DNA of 64,000 nt, from positions 181,292 through 245,291 of the forward strand of contig CAVUPH010000006.1 in the NCBI GenBank assembly GCA_963743305.1, given 5' to 3'. Within the stretch, counting starts at the first letter, position 1. Every line of letters starts with the position of its first letter. The notes beneath the pieces were generated by a model. That model saw nothing but the letters and a program-made list of their open reading frames with translations, made no database searches and had not been told where the DNA came from. Position numbers and translations under genes: made by a program. This DNA comes from an uncultured delta proteobacterium (lineage in GTDB: Bacteria > Desulfobacterota > RBG-13-43-22). Of this stretch, positions 53,056 to 62,409 are shown in pieces.

Positions 53056-55857
53056 TCAAGGTGTGGATGCCGAATAAATTCCAGAAATATTCCCGGCCTT
53101 ATCCTTAAATTTGACATAAACCGTTGAACCGGTCATCCCCCAGTCCTTCAAGGGTCTATAGGGCTCCCAAGAGGCCCCGCCGAAATCGGTATGATTACTG
53201 ATCATCATTTGACCTACGCCGCTGACAACGTCGCTGGCAGTCAATTCCAATTTAACCAAAGTTCCCTGGATAGGGTTTTGAACCAAAGGGAGGAAGATCT
53301 TATAACCGACATGGGGCAATTTCACGGGGTACCCCCTATCAGTCCCAGAGATTATGATCCGGTTGCCGGTTAGTGCAACTATCCGGACATCGCCCAGCGG
53401 CGGATTCACATCTAATATAATATCATCTTGATAACTGCTCGAAATACTTCCATCCGCATTTTTGTATCGAATATAAACTACCCTGGGAGCGACAAAATAT
53501 TTGAAGCCCTTTATTTGCCAGGGCTTTAGGCTGTTATAAGGCTCCCAGTAGGCCCCGGCAAACCCTGCGTCGTTACTGACCATCATTTCAGAGGTGAATG
53601 GTCTGGAACCGATGGTGAGGGTAACTAAGGTTTGATTAGTAAAGGGCGCTCCCTGATTAATCGAGAGGCCATATTCTCCCCCGGCGGCCGGATCAAGCGT
53701 AATCGGGCTGGAGATGGGGACAGAAACGTTTCCAGCTTCGTCTTGGAATTGGACCCAGACGGTCTTTAAACCATCCCCGCCAGCCAGCGTCCAGCTTTTC
53801 GAGCCGGCATACGTTTCCCATTCACTCCAGACAGTCCCCTCATTCGAAAATCTCATCCGGGCAACCTTCCCGGAGACATCCTCTCCCGAGAGCGCAAGCT
53901 GGACGCCGGCAAAAGTCGTACTGCGTGCGCCGTTGTTAATGACCAGGTTGCCGGTAGGGGCCTCCGTGTCTACCAGAGTGAAGGTCTCATAATCAGGAGT
54001 CCAATCCTCGACATTCCCCGCCCCATCCCTGGCCCGGACACGAAAATAGTAGGTTGCGTCTCCGGTTAGGTTGTAGGTGGTGCGGGTGGCCGGCGTGTTG
54101 ACCAGTAGGTCGATCCACTGGCCGCCGGTTCCCGCTCGCACTTGCAAATCGTATCCGGCTACCCCGCTAAGGGCATCGAAACCCGACCAATTCAAGACCA
54201 GACTGTTCGAGGAATTTAGGGGTAAGGCCGTCATGGAGGACGTAGGCCTGGTGAAATCAACGGAGGTAAAAGTATTGTATTGGGCCGGCCAGTCTTCAAT
54301 ATTTCCGGCACCATCTTTTGCCCGGACACGGAAGTAATAGGTAATTCCCGGAACAAGGGCGTAATTAGTGCTGGTGAGGATAGTGTCTGGCAGGAGGTCG
54401 GTCCACTGACCATCGAGCCCCATCCGAACCTGGAGGTCGTAACGGGAGATACTGCCGGCGCCTTGGCCGGACCAGGAAAGGGAAACAGTAAAAAGCGACT
54501 CAGGGGGCAAGGAGGTCATGGAAGATATCGGATTGAGGGTATGATAAAGTTTTCGAATATACACCGGCCCGTAATCGACGGTAATCGTGCCTCCGGAAAC
54601 CGAAAGGGGGGTTCCGAAAAGGTCGAAGGCTTCGGCCCCGGAGGGTAAGGGAACGGATTGGGGGGCGCCATCCGTTGCCCAGATCACCTCGATGGAAGTT
54701 CCCACCTGAGGCCAGAAGGAGTGGCCGAAGATCCCGGCCGGGTACCCGGAGACCGGACCCCGGTACCGGGCGCGGCTCAAAAAGTCGGCCGCGGTCTTAA
54801 AAGCCAGGTAGGAGGGCCGCGGGGTGTTGTCGGGTCGGAGCAGGCCGGTAAGACGCCACTCGCTTTTTAAGGCATAATAGACCAATCCCTGAAGGCCCAA
54901 GGCGATTCCATCGGCGTAGGCTTTGGCCACAAACACGGCCTGGGTTTCAAAACAGGGGTCGCTATTGACATCGCAATAAAGGGCGGTCTCGGTATTAATC
55001 AGCGGTTTATCCCCCCACCCGTATCGGTTGAGGATGTTTTTAAGAAAAGCGGTTTTTTCTGGAAGGGCAGTGGGCGAACCGGGCCAGTTAGGATTATAGA
55101 GCAGACCGGGGACTCCGGTGAAGTAGGAGTAAGAATGAAAGTTTACCAGGTCGAAAAAAGGACCCCCGCCGCCCCGAAGCACCCCTTCGAAGAAACGCGC
55201 GATCGTATTAGGGATCTCGTTGGGATTGTCCAGGACCAATCCCCCGAGCAGCACCTGGGCTTCGGGATCGGCCGCTTTGATGGCCGGGTAGGCCGCCTTG
55301 AGCATCTGCGCGTAATATTCTCCGCCGAAATACGGGTCACCCTCATCTCCCCAGCAGCCGAAAACGCTCCGTTCATAGTAGACCGGGGCATCGATCTCAT
55401 TGCCCAACTCCCAGTATTTGATGTTGTAGGGAGATCCTTTGTAGCGGTTGACTACTGCGGCCAAGAATTCGGCAAAGCCCGCGAAGGCCGTGCTTTTTAT
55501 CGGGCCGCAGGACGAGCCGGGGTATTTCTGGGCCCAGTCGGGAGTGTACTTCACCACGGCAATAACGTTGAGTCCGTTCTGGTTGGCCCGCTGGAGGCTG
55601 CTTTCATCGACGTTTTCCCAGTGAAAGGTGGGGGGGACGGTTGGCACCGGTTCGATCCGGTCCCACTCGAAGGCATCAAAGCGAACCCAGTGAACCCCGC
55701 CGGCCAATGCCTGAGACAGCCCTTCCGACTCGTCGATGGCATTGTTCATCTGAGCGCCGAAGATCGACGGCCCCTGAGCTTCTGCCAAACCTTGAGAAAT
55801 CAAGATTGACAGCACCACTAAACTCAAAATTATGGCGCTATAAACATTCTTTTTCAT
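53056..55857 (-). CDS. secreted clan GH-A glycoside hydrolase with FN3/Ig-like repeats
   Basis: Signal peptide, WELGNE and INTE catalytic motifs, NFHSY, two YYFRVRA.DGAGN FN3 repeats, internal IFLPLV motif. Confidence 0.85.
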   Translation of the reverse strand: MKKNVYSAIILSLVVLSILISQGLAEAQGPSIFGAQMNNAIDESEGLSQALAGGVHWVRFDAFEWDRIEPVPTVPPTFHWENVDESSLQRANQNGLNVIAVVKYTPDWAQKYPGSSCGPIKSTAFAGFAEFLAAVVNRYKGSPYNIKYWELGNEIDAPVYYERSVFGCWGDEGDPYFGGEYYAQMLKAAYPAIKAADPEAQVLLGGLVLDNPNEIPNTIARFFEGVLRGGGGPFFDLVNFHSYSYFTGVPGLLYNPNWPGSPTALPEKTAFLKNILNRYGWGDKPLINTETALYCDVNSDPCFETQAVFVAKAYADGIALGLQGLVYYALKSEWRLTGLLRPDNTPRPSYLAFKTAADFLSRARYRGPVSGYPAGIFGHSFWPQVGTSIEVIWATDGAPQSVPLPSGAEAFDLFGTPLSVSGGTITVDYGPVYIRKLYHTLNPISSMTSLPPESLFTVSLSWSGQGAGSISRYDLQVRMGLDGQWTDLLPDTILTSTNYALVPGITYYFRVRAKDGAGNIEDWPAQYNTFTSVDFTRPTSSMTALPLNSSNSLVLNWSGFDALSGVAGYDLQVRAGTGGQWIDLLVNTPATRTTYNLTGDATYYFRVRARDGAGNVEDWTPDYETFTLVDTEAPTGNLVINNGARSTTFAGVQLALSGEDVSGKVARMRFSNEGTVWSEWETYAGSKSWTLAGGDGLKTVWVQFQDEAGNVSVPISSPITLDPAAGGEYGLSINQGAPFTNQTLVTLTIGSRPFTSEMMVSNDAGFAGAYWEPYNSLKPWQIKGFKYFVAPRVVYIRYKNADGSISSSYQDDIILDVNPPLGDVRIVALTGNRIIISGTDRGYPVKLPHVGYKIFLPLVQNPIQGTLVKLELTASDVVSGVGQMMISNHTDFGGASWEPYRPLKDWGMTGSTVYVKFKDKAGNISGIYSASTP

Positions 55858-56013
55858 CAGCCGCCTTTTGGCGCTTGCAGTATAAAAGACCTCGGGCAGA
55901 AGCCATAAAAACCCCATCTGCCAATTAGGCCAAAGAAGATATTTGGGACAGGTTTAACAGGGAAAGTCCAGTGTTTTGAGATTTAATCTAAAGGGTATTT
56001 CTCCTGCCTACAG

Positions 56014-56135
56014 CGTCACCCCGGTCCCGCCATCCGCGGAATAAACTCCAGCCGGGGTCCAGAAAGCCTGAAAAATTTGGATTCCGGCCATTCGACTAAG
56101 CTCATGGCCCTGAGTAAGCCGAAGGGCTTCCGCCG
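56014..56135. repeat. CGTC-tagged palindromic doublet of a second type with nested hairpins
   Basis: cgtcaccccgg...ccggggtcca ... tggattccggc-(ttcgactaagctca..tgagtaagccgaa)-ttccgccg. Confidence 0.55.
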
Positions 56136-56177
56136 TCAAGTCCTCCTGCCATTTTTTCGATATGGGAAAAGCAACGA

Positions 56178-56612
56178 TTATTGGTCGGCTGTATTTTGTC
56201 GTTGGCTTGGTTGTGGCTCAAATAGTTTTATCGAAAGCACCTTCCTGTACTGGAAAAAGTCCTTATCTGTGGTGAAAATGGGGACATCCAATCTTTTTGC
56301 AACTGCACATATTAGGAAGTCAATGTGAGAGCCTTGAATTCCTTTTTTTCTGCATTGATTGCACATTTCGGCTGCAGATTCATAATCAGAATCTTGAATA
56401 AGGGAATTTTCAAAATAAGATAGTTTTTCTTTTAATTCTTCAAATTTCTTAAAGTCACTATAACCGGAAAGGATTTCTTGACGAATTGGTCCAATGATCA
56501 GGGCTCTTTGATCCTTGATGAGAGATTCAAGCTGATCTATTTCATATGAATATTCTGTTTGTCGGGTCCGTAAAGCATAAGACCAGATAGGGGTATCGAC
56601 GAGAACTTTCAC
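56178..56612 (-). CDS. vapC: VapC PIN-domain toxin
   Basis: VLVDT, QEIL.G, IDFLI.A, TTDKDF. Confidence 0.92.
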   Translation of the reverse strand: MKVLVDTPIWSYALRTRQTEYSYEIDQLESLIKDQRALIIGPIRQEILSGYSDFKKFEELKEKLSYFENSLIQDSDYESAAEMCNQCRKKGIQGSHIDFLICAVAKRLDVPIFTTDKDFFQYRKVLSIKLFEPQPSQRQNTADQ

Positions 56613-56806
56613 CGGGCTCTTCCTTTTTTATAATCATATTTGGGGTCTGGATCCATTTTGCCAAAAAGATTAAGTATTTCTAACTGCTTATGTCTGTTTA
56701 TGAATTCTTGTAAAGCCAAATTAACAGTTTCCTTTTTGGTTTTAAAGCCACTGACTTCCAATGCTTTTTCCAGTAATTTCTGGTCGATAGCTAAATTAGT
56801 TGCCAT
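56609..56806 (-). CDS. vapB: VapB antitoxin
   Basis: MATNLAID..LL..A...G.KTKK.TVN.AL.E; AGGAGG RBS; GTGA overlap. Confidence 0.9.
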   Translation of the reverse strand: MATNLAIDQKLLEKALEVSGFKTKKETVNLALQEFINRHKQLEILNLFGKMDPDPKYDYKKGRAR

Positions 56807-56822
56807 TGTTGTCCTCCTATCA

Positions 56823-56852
56823 ACACAAAGTTTTACACAAAATACCACACAA
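56823..56852 (-). promoter_or_regulatory. putative vapBC operator: 3x TTGTGT at 12-bp period
   Basis: acacaa at 56823, 56835 and 56847. Confidence 0.55.
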
Positions 56853-56910
56853 TTAAATGTATATCAAGGTCAACGAAAATCAGATGCCGGCCTAGATGTG
56901 TTCCTACGCT

Positions 56911-56974
56911 GCCCAACGTGAGCGTCGCCCGGAGCCGGCAGTCTCGGCGATCGGGTGCACGCTATAGTCGGGGC
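56911..56974 (-). mobile_element. attC-like integron recombination site
   Basis: Minus strand CCCCGAC-tat-AGCGT(G)CACCCG...CGGGCG-ACGCT-cac-GTTGGGC: R/L boxes, one extrahelical base. Confidence 0.7.
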
Positions 56975-57033
56975 ATCCCCCTTGGAGGATATCACGCTCG
57001 TCCCCACAGTTCGCCTGTCTCTTATCAAGACAT

Positions 57034-57651
57034 TCAAGTAGGAAATCCTCTCCTCAACACGACCCATAAGCCACCTTCGGTAATCATTGTCGCCTTTTTC
57101 TTCAGTTCGGCCGCTTCGAGGAGCGACCACAGGTCCCTTTCGGTTATCCTGACCCGGCCCAGAGCTTGGTTGAGGCCCTTCGAGCGCATCTCGATGCCCC
57201 GGATGACATCCTCCGGAGTATGGCATCCGAATCCGCCTCCGACAAAAGCCAGGCCTCCAGGCTTCAGAGACCGGTAGATGGCCGACAGGTCGGGTCTAAA
57301 AAAGGACGGGAAAAAGAAAGCCCCCCTGAAAACGATTAGATCGAAGGCCTCCGCGGAAACCCCTGATAGTTTGTCGTCGCTTTCGGCTATGGTCACCTTG
57401 TCTTCAAGCCCCATTTCCCGTGCCTCTCCTTTCAAGGTCTCTGCAACTTCGCCGGGAAACACGGCCATATGAAAGGACGCGCCGATGCCTTCGCGGGCGA
57501 GTTCCAGCGCCAGCCCGGAAAAAGGTCCTACTTCGAGGACACTGCCATCATGTCGGCCATACAATTCGCTCACTTGCCGAGCCAGGTAGGGCCTGACAGG
57601 CTCCCAGAGGCGGTTCAACTCCATGATTGGGTCTATTTCCATCATCGTCAC
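57034..57651 (-). CDS. class I SAM methyltransferase-like protein, copy 1
   Basis: VLEVGPFSG, FDLIVFRGAFFF, IYRSLKPGG.A.VGGGFG. Confidence 0.78.
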   Translation of the reverse strand: MTMMEIDPIMELNRLWEPVRPYLARQVSELYGRHDGSVLEVGPFSGLALELAREGIGASFHMAVFPGEVAETLKGEAREMGLEDKVTIAESDDKLSGVSAEAFDLIVFRGAFFFPSFFRPDLSAIYRSLKPGGLAFVGGGFGCHTPEDVIRGIEMRSKGLNQALGRVRITERDLWSLLEAAELKKKATMITEGGLWVVLRRGFPT

Positions 57652-57835
57652 AGACTCACTCGGGATCCACAGGAGTATCGCCGGAAAAGTCGGGGCTTGG
57701 AAAACCGCCGTCGGGGACGTCCTCGCAAATACCCCGTTCCCCAGCCCTTGCCCGTGGATCCCGAAATCATTAAAGATAGCAAAAACAGGCTGTTTCTGTT
57801 AAGTTAACGGCATTGGGCCGGGCACAATGCCGTTA

Positions 57836-58021
57836 GAGGCGCCGGGGAGTCTATTGATCCCGGCCTCCGAATCCGGCCTGCCGAGGGATTCCGTCGCCAA
57901 TGTCTCCCAGGTCATTACGGTAGACCGGGATTTCCTCACCGAAAAAGCCGGCCGCCTGCGGAGCAAAGCACTGCGTTCCATCGAGGAAGGGCTGCGGCTC
58001 GTGCTGGACTTATAATCCTCC
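57836..58021 (+). pseudogene. duplicated 3' half of mazF
   Basis: Near-identical to 52643-52829 (EAPG.LLIPASESGLPRDSVANVSQ...LRLVLDL). Confidence 0.9.
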
Positions 58022-58032
58022 TCATCCGGCAC

Positions 58033-58257
58033 TTATGCCCTTTCTCTTGATTCGCGGATTGCCTCCACGATCTCCCGTTTGGACAGACCTTTGTCCATCC
58101 CTGGGACGTCAAAGGGCGAACGGCGAGGACCGGCAGACCGGGGAACGATCGCATACATATCGCCCTTGCGACGCCGGATGACTACCTCTTCGGTCTTTGA
58201 TTCCTCAAGGATCGTGGCCAGTCTTTCTCTTGCTTCAGAATACGTATATACCTTCAT
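58033..58257 (-). CDS. Phd/YefM-family antitoxin
   Basis: MKVYTYSEARERLA.IL...EEV.I.RR.G. Confidence 0.8.
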   Translation of the reverse strand: MKVYTYSEARERLATILEESKTEEVVIRRRKGDMYAIVPRSAGPRRSPFDVPGMDKGLSKREIVEAIRESRERA

Positions 58258-58261
58258 AAGT

Positions 58262-58372
58262 CTACGTCACCACCTTTATTGCAAGGATTTTCGCCACCTC
58301 GCACATACGATTGTCCAGGCTGATGAGGGGCAGTTTCGTTTCCAGACAACACTGAAGATAGAAGGCGTCATA
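58262..58372 (-). pseudogene. 3' remnant of a PIN/VapC toxin
   Basis: YDAFYLQCCLETKLPLISLDNRMCEVAKILAIKVVT-stop, 4 nt upstream of the antitoxin ATG. Confidence 0.75.
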
Positions 58373-58383
58373 GTGAAGCGTGA

Positions 58384-58788
58384 TCACCCCAGTTCAAAAG
58401 TCGTCACACCGAACAGCCGGCTTAAGGGCAAATCAGGGCCTTTCCCCGTGTACATGCGGGCCGTCTCGAACGCCACCATCATGTTGTGCCGCTTCGCCAA
58501 ATCGACTGCCGCCGAATTCACTTCCGGCGTGTTCAGGAACATAGGCGCGCCGTCCGGGGTATGGGCCTTCAAAGATAGGAATAGCTGATCCGCAAGCTGC
58601 GGACTGTCCGCAAACAACGGACCCATCTTATCCTCAAGCAATCCGACAAGGAAACCATCCGGATCGGCGGCGCGGAAGCAATCCGCATCGTACCACCCGG
58701 GGTTCCATCCTTCTGCCGCTGCCCAGTCGAAAGCGATATCCATTTCTTGCCGAGTCATCACTCGGATTCTGTAGCTGAACTTCTGCAC
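58384..58788 (-). pseudogene. GNAT acetyltransferase with in-frame internal deletion
   Basis: N-terminal WAAAEGWNPG..D.DGF joined directly to C-terminal GPLFAD...FETARMY...GVTTFELG; acetyl-CoA motif absent. Confidence 0.7.
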
Positions 58789-58806
58789 GATGCACCTTCA
58801 GTCTTC

Positions 58807-59865
58807 CTATCCACTTGCGCGTACAGACTGCCAATCACGCCTGATCATCTCTCCTATTCTTTTGGCGCGCTCGGAGTAGAGCGCGATATGCTCCCAGTCA
58901 GGTTCTTGGCCGACCTTCTGCATAAGCAAGCCATCCCCCTTGGGCCTACAGGGCTGTATGCCGCCGAGGAAGTAGCCGTGACCACGCAGGATATCCGTTG
59001 CGGCCGATATAAATGGCGAGTCGAGTGGCAGCCAGGCCTGGAAGATCACTGTGCCTTTTTCGAGCGCTTCCCTTTCCAAACGGCCAATGAATGATTCAAA
59101 ATCCGACCCAAGGCGATCGATGGTGATCCGTGCGACCTGTGCCGATTCGAATACGCGCATGCTGCCCTGGCTGCTTCCCTCAGCCGGCAAATCACTGCTC
59201 GAAAACACAAAGGTCCGCTCCAGATTCAAACCGGCATAAAGGTACTCCAATTCATCCCGATAGACCGTCGGGATCTGGACGGTTTGCGCCCTGGGTTTGA
59301 GCATGCAATACCCGAGCAGCACAGAAACGCGGCCGGATGCGCCCGAGTCCAGGCCATAGGCAACCGCCGGCATCAGATCGACTTCAAGACCCGATTCTTT
59401 GAAGTCCAACTGCAAGCACATCTTCTGTATAATCGTATGACTGCACACGGGTTCCCCTACAATTCCCTCCACGCAAAAACGTTTCGAGGTATCAAAGAGC
59501 GTATGCTTGAACAAGGGGAGGAAGATGCCTTGACTGCGATAAGCCGGCAGCACAGCTCCTGCCGCGTTTTCATAGAGGTGGCTGGCAGGGTCCATCAGAA
59601 CGAGCGCATTATGGCCGACGACTTCGCCGGCGCGTGTGCGGGCCACACAGGAGATGATCTGACCGGCGGCATTCTCTGCGATTAGCTGGTCCGGGAGATA
59701 ATAAGTCCTGATCGGGTATCCTTCTCCGTAGACTTCCCGAAAAAGCCGGGCAATTCCGGGCGCGTCTTCCTTGCGGAAAAAATCTATCTCGATTTCCTCT
59801 CTGGTCGTGTCTGCAGCTTGGGTTTCACTCATCGTCCACCTTTCTCTTATAACAGTCTTTGCCAC
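58807..59865 (-). CDS. GNAT-domain protein
   Basis: DA.GIARLF..VYG..YP, AVLPAYRSQG, GEPVC.H...QK; start may be ATG 59832. Confidence 0.75.
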   Translation of the reverse strand: MAKTVIRERWTMSETQAADTTREEIEIDFFRKEDAPGIARLFREVYGEGYPIRTYYLPDQLIAENAAGQIISCVARTRAGEVVGHNALVLMDPASHLYENAAGAVLPAYRSQGIFLPLFKHTLFDTSKRFCVEGIVGEPVCSHTIIQKMCLQLDFKESGLEVDLMPAVAYGLDSGASGRVSVLLGYCMLKPRAQTVQIPTVYRDELEYLYAGLNLERTFVFSSSDLPAEGSSQGSMRVFESAQVARITIDRLGSDFESFIGRLEREALEKGTVIFQAWLPLDSPFISAATDILRGHGYFLGGIQPCRPKGDGLLMQKVGQEPDWEHIALYSERAKRIGEMIRRDWQSVRASG

Positions 59866-59867
59866 GG

Positions 59868-60830
59868 TTATCGAAAATCAAACTGGATCTTGAGGGTTCC
59901 TCGTTCAACGGCCTTAGCAAAGGCTTCCTTATATTGTTCGGGTCTGTAAATCCCGGTTATCATTTGCGTGAGGGGAAGGATACCCTTAGACATGGTCCGG
60001 AGGGCCGGGCCGAAGGGGCCGCAGCGGGAACCGAAAAGGGTAATCTCATCTATTACCAGGGGTGTGAGGTTCATCTCTTTCCCGGCGGCCAAGGTGGTCT
60101 TCAGCACGATAATGCCTCGGGGACGCACGCATTGAACGGCGATCTCGAAGCCGGCCGCTGACCCAGTGGCTTCTATCACTACATCAAAACTCTTAGCCGG
60201 TTTGAGGTCAGTCCGGTGGATGGTGACTATACCCTGTTCCGAGGCCAGGCGGAGTTTTTCCGCGTGGTTTCCGGAAACGGTTACTTCCAGTCCGATCCGG
60301 TTAAGGACAAAGGCGCAGAGCAGCCCGAGTTTTCCATCGCCCAGCACCAAGACGCGATTGGTGGGGGTTAGATGTATCTGTTCCAGAATCTCAAAAGCCG
60401 CTGCGAGGGGTTCGACAAAAACGGCCACCTCGTCCGTCAGTTGGGGGGGGACGGCCCAAAGGTTAGAAACCGGCAAGGTGAGGTACTCGGCAAAGGCGCC
60501 ATCTTTGTTCATGATGCCTAAAGTGAACCGATTTGGGCAATGGGTCTTCATTTCCTTTTGACAATAATCGCAGGCGCCGCAATAACAGTTGATCTCGCCC
60601 ACCACCCGCTGTCCGACCAGTTGCTGATCCGGCCCGTTAACCCTCTCCACCAGACCAACGAACTCGTGACCCAGGACGCCCTTGAATCCCATGTAGCCCT
60701 TGGTGATTTCCAGGTCCGTATTGCAAATCCCGGCCATCAGGACCTTGACCAGGCCCTCATTCGGCCTCGGTTCAGGAACGGGATAGTTTGTGAAATATTT
60801 CAGTTCCGTGTCAAAAACAATGGCTTTCAT
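59868..60830 (-). CDS. zinc-dependent MDR alcohol dehydrogenase
   Basis: GICNTD, GHEFVG, C..C..C.......C, EPLAA, GDGKLG, GSRCGPF. Confidence 0.92.
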   Translation of the reverse strand: MKAIVFDTELKYFTNYPVPEPRPNEGLVKVLMAGICNTDLEITKGYMGFKGVLGHEFVGLVERVNGPDQQLVGQRVVGEINCYCGACDYCQKEMKTHCPNRFTLGIMNKDGAFAEYLTLPVSNLWAVPPQLTDEVAVFVEPLAAAFEILEQIHLTPTNRVLVLGDGKLGLLCAFVLNRIGLEVTVSGNHAEKLRLASEQGIVTIHRTDLKPAKSFDVVIEATGSAAGFEIAVQCVRPRGIIVLKTTLAAGKEMNLTPLVIDEITLFGSRCGPFGPALRTMSKGILPLTQMITGIYRPEQYKEAFAKAVERGTLKIQFDFR

Positions 60831-60894
60831 TATTTAATCCCCTTGGAGGATATCACGCTCGTCCGCACAGTTCGCCTGTCGCTTATCAAGACAT

Positions 60895-61371
60895 TCAAGT
60901 GGGAAATTCTCTCCTCAACACGACCCATAAGCCGCCTTCGGTAATCATTGTCGTTTTTTTTTCCAGTTCGGCCGCTTTGAGGAGCGACCACAGGTCCCTT
61001 TCGGTTATCCTGAACCGGCCCAAAGCTTGGTTGAGGCCCTTCGAGCGCATCTCGATGCCCCGGATGACGTCCTCCGAAGTATGGGATCCGAATCCGCCTC
61101 CGACAAAAGCCAGGCCTCCAGGCTTCAGAGACCGGTAGATTGCCGACAGGTCGGGTCTGAAAAAGGACGGGAAAAAGAAAGCCCCCCTATGAAAGGACGC
61201 GCCGATGCCTTTGCGGGCGAGTTCCAGCGCCAGCCCGGAAAAAGGGCCTACTTCGAGGACACTGCCATCATGTCGGCCATACAATTCGCTCACTTGCTGA
61301 GCCAGGTAGGGCCTGACAGGCTCCCAGAGGCGGTTCAACTCCATGATTGGGTCTATTTCCATCATCGTCAC
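60895..61371 (-). pseudogene. methyltransferase copy 2 with 141-bp in-frame deletion
   Basis: Near-identical to 57034-57651 but lacks MAVF...LIVF (47 aa). Confidence 0.85.
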
Positions 61372-61438
61372 AGACTCACTCCTCCTCTATCCCCCGCCCT
61401 CAGGTCCTGAGGACCCTCGCCCCGGGGATTACCTCCGC

Positions 61439-61541
61439 TCGATTATACTCCTGCCCCGTCCTCCCGGCTATTAATTGCATCGACCTGGGAATGGCCTCTT
61501 GATCTTGGCCGCCGGAAACTAGGAGATGGACATGATTGGTG
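61439..61541 (-). pseudogene. HUH (Y1/RAYT-like) transposase fragment
   Basis: TNHVHLLVSGGQDQEAIPRSMQLIAGRTGQEYNR; nucleotide match to 63657-63710. Confidence 0.75.
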
Positions 61542-61672
61542 GAGAGGCGTTCCAGGACCTGCCCTATAAATAAAGTTGCTGATCACCAGTGCAAGAGGCT
61601 TCCACCGCTGGTAATAAAAGCCCCGGGCTTTTGCATCTGGAGAACTGGCGTGTTGAGGCTCAAAATATCCGC

Positions 61673-61710
61673 TTGACAACTCCCTTTTTATATGTACAAT
61701 AACATGTACA
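61673..61710 (+). promoter_or_regulatory. yefM-yoeB promoter and operator
   Basis: TTGACA-16 bp-TACAAT; two TGTACA palindromes (61693, 61705) 12 bp apart, as in the E. coli yefM operator. Confidence 0.85.
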
Positions 61711-61726
61711 ATATAGGAGGTGCAAG

Positions 61727-61978
61727 ATGGATGCGATAACCTATACCTCTGCAAGGCAAAACCTTGCAAAAACGATGGGAAAAGTTTGCAGGGACCATGC
61801 CCCGGTAATCGTAACACGCAAGTCTGGGAATTCTGTGGTCATTATGTCACTCGAGGACTATGAAGCCCTTGAAGAGACAGCCTACCTTTTACGGTCACCA
61901 AAAAACACAAGGCGGTTAATGGAATCCATTGCCCAGCTTGAGAACGGCAAAGGAACGGCAAAGGAACTCGTAGAGTGA
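61727..61978 (+). CDS. yefM: YefM antitoxin
   Basis: [33 protein letters not shown]. Confidence 0.93.
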   Translation: MDAITYTSARQNLAKTMGKVCRDHAPVIVTRKSGNSVVIMSLEDYEALEETAYLLRSPKNTRRLMESIAQLENGKGTAKELVE

Positions 61979-62229
61979 AGCTCATTTTCTCCGACAATGC
62001 CTGGGAGGACTATCTCTATTGGCAAAAAACCGACAAAAAAATTCTCCGACGTATCAATACCCTTATTAATGAGACCAAACGGGATCCCTTTGAGGGTATT
62101 GGCAAGCCGGAACCATTGAAACATGCCCTTTCTGGCTACTGGTCCAGGCGAATTACCGATGAGCACAGGTTAGTCTATAAGATTTCCGAAGATGCAATCC
62201 ATATCGCGCAACTACGATACCATTACTGA
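61975..62229 (+). CDS. yoeB: YoeB/Txe toxin
   Basis: [34 protein letters not shown]. Confidence 0.95.
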   Translation: MKLIFSDNAWEDYLYWQKTDKKILRRINTLINETKRDPFEGIGKPEPLKHALSGYWSRRITDEHRLVYKISEDAIHIAQLRYHY

Positions 62230-62242
62230 TCCTTTCCCTGGC

Positions 62243-62313
62243 CCCCAACGGCACGGCTCACCTTCGGCTCACCCGCCGTGGGTGAGCCGTAATGGTGCAG
62301 GCGCTGGTCCGGC
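62243..62313 (-). mobile_element. attC-like integron recombination site
   Basis: Minus strand GCCGGAC-cagcgc-CT(G)CACC..cggctcaccc/gggtgagccg..GGTGAG-ccgtgcc-GTTGGGG. Confidence 0.72.
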
Positions 62314-62409
62314 TTCCGTTCTTCATCGGACATTATGATACTGAACTCAGTGATGTCCCCTTGTCTTCAAATGCAGGCGGTCGACCCTAGTTTTGCATAG
62401 TCAATACTG

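Noticed and set aside
57662-57807. RRRGRPRK fragment as a transposase C-terminus
   Set aside because: Too short and low-complexity to assign.
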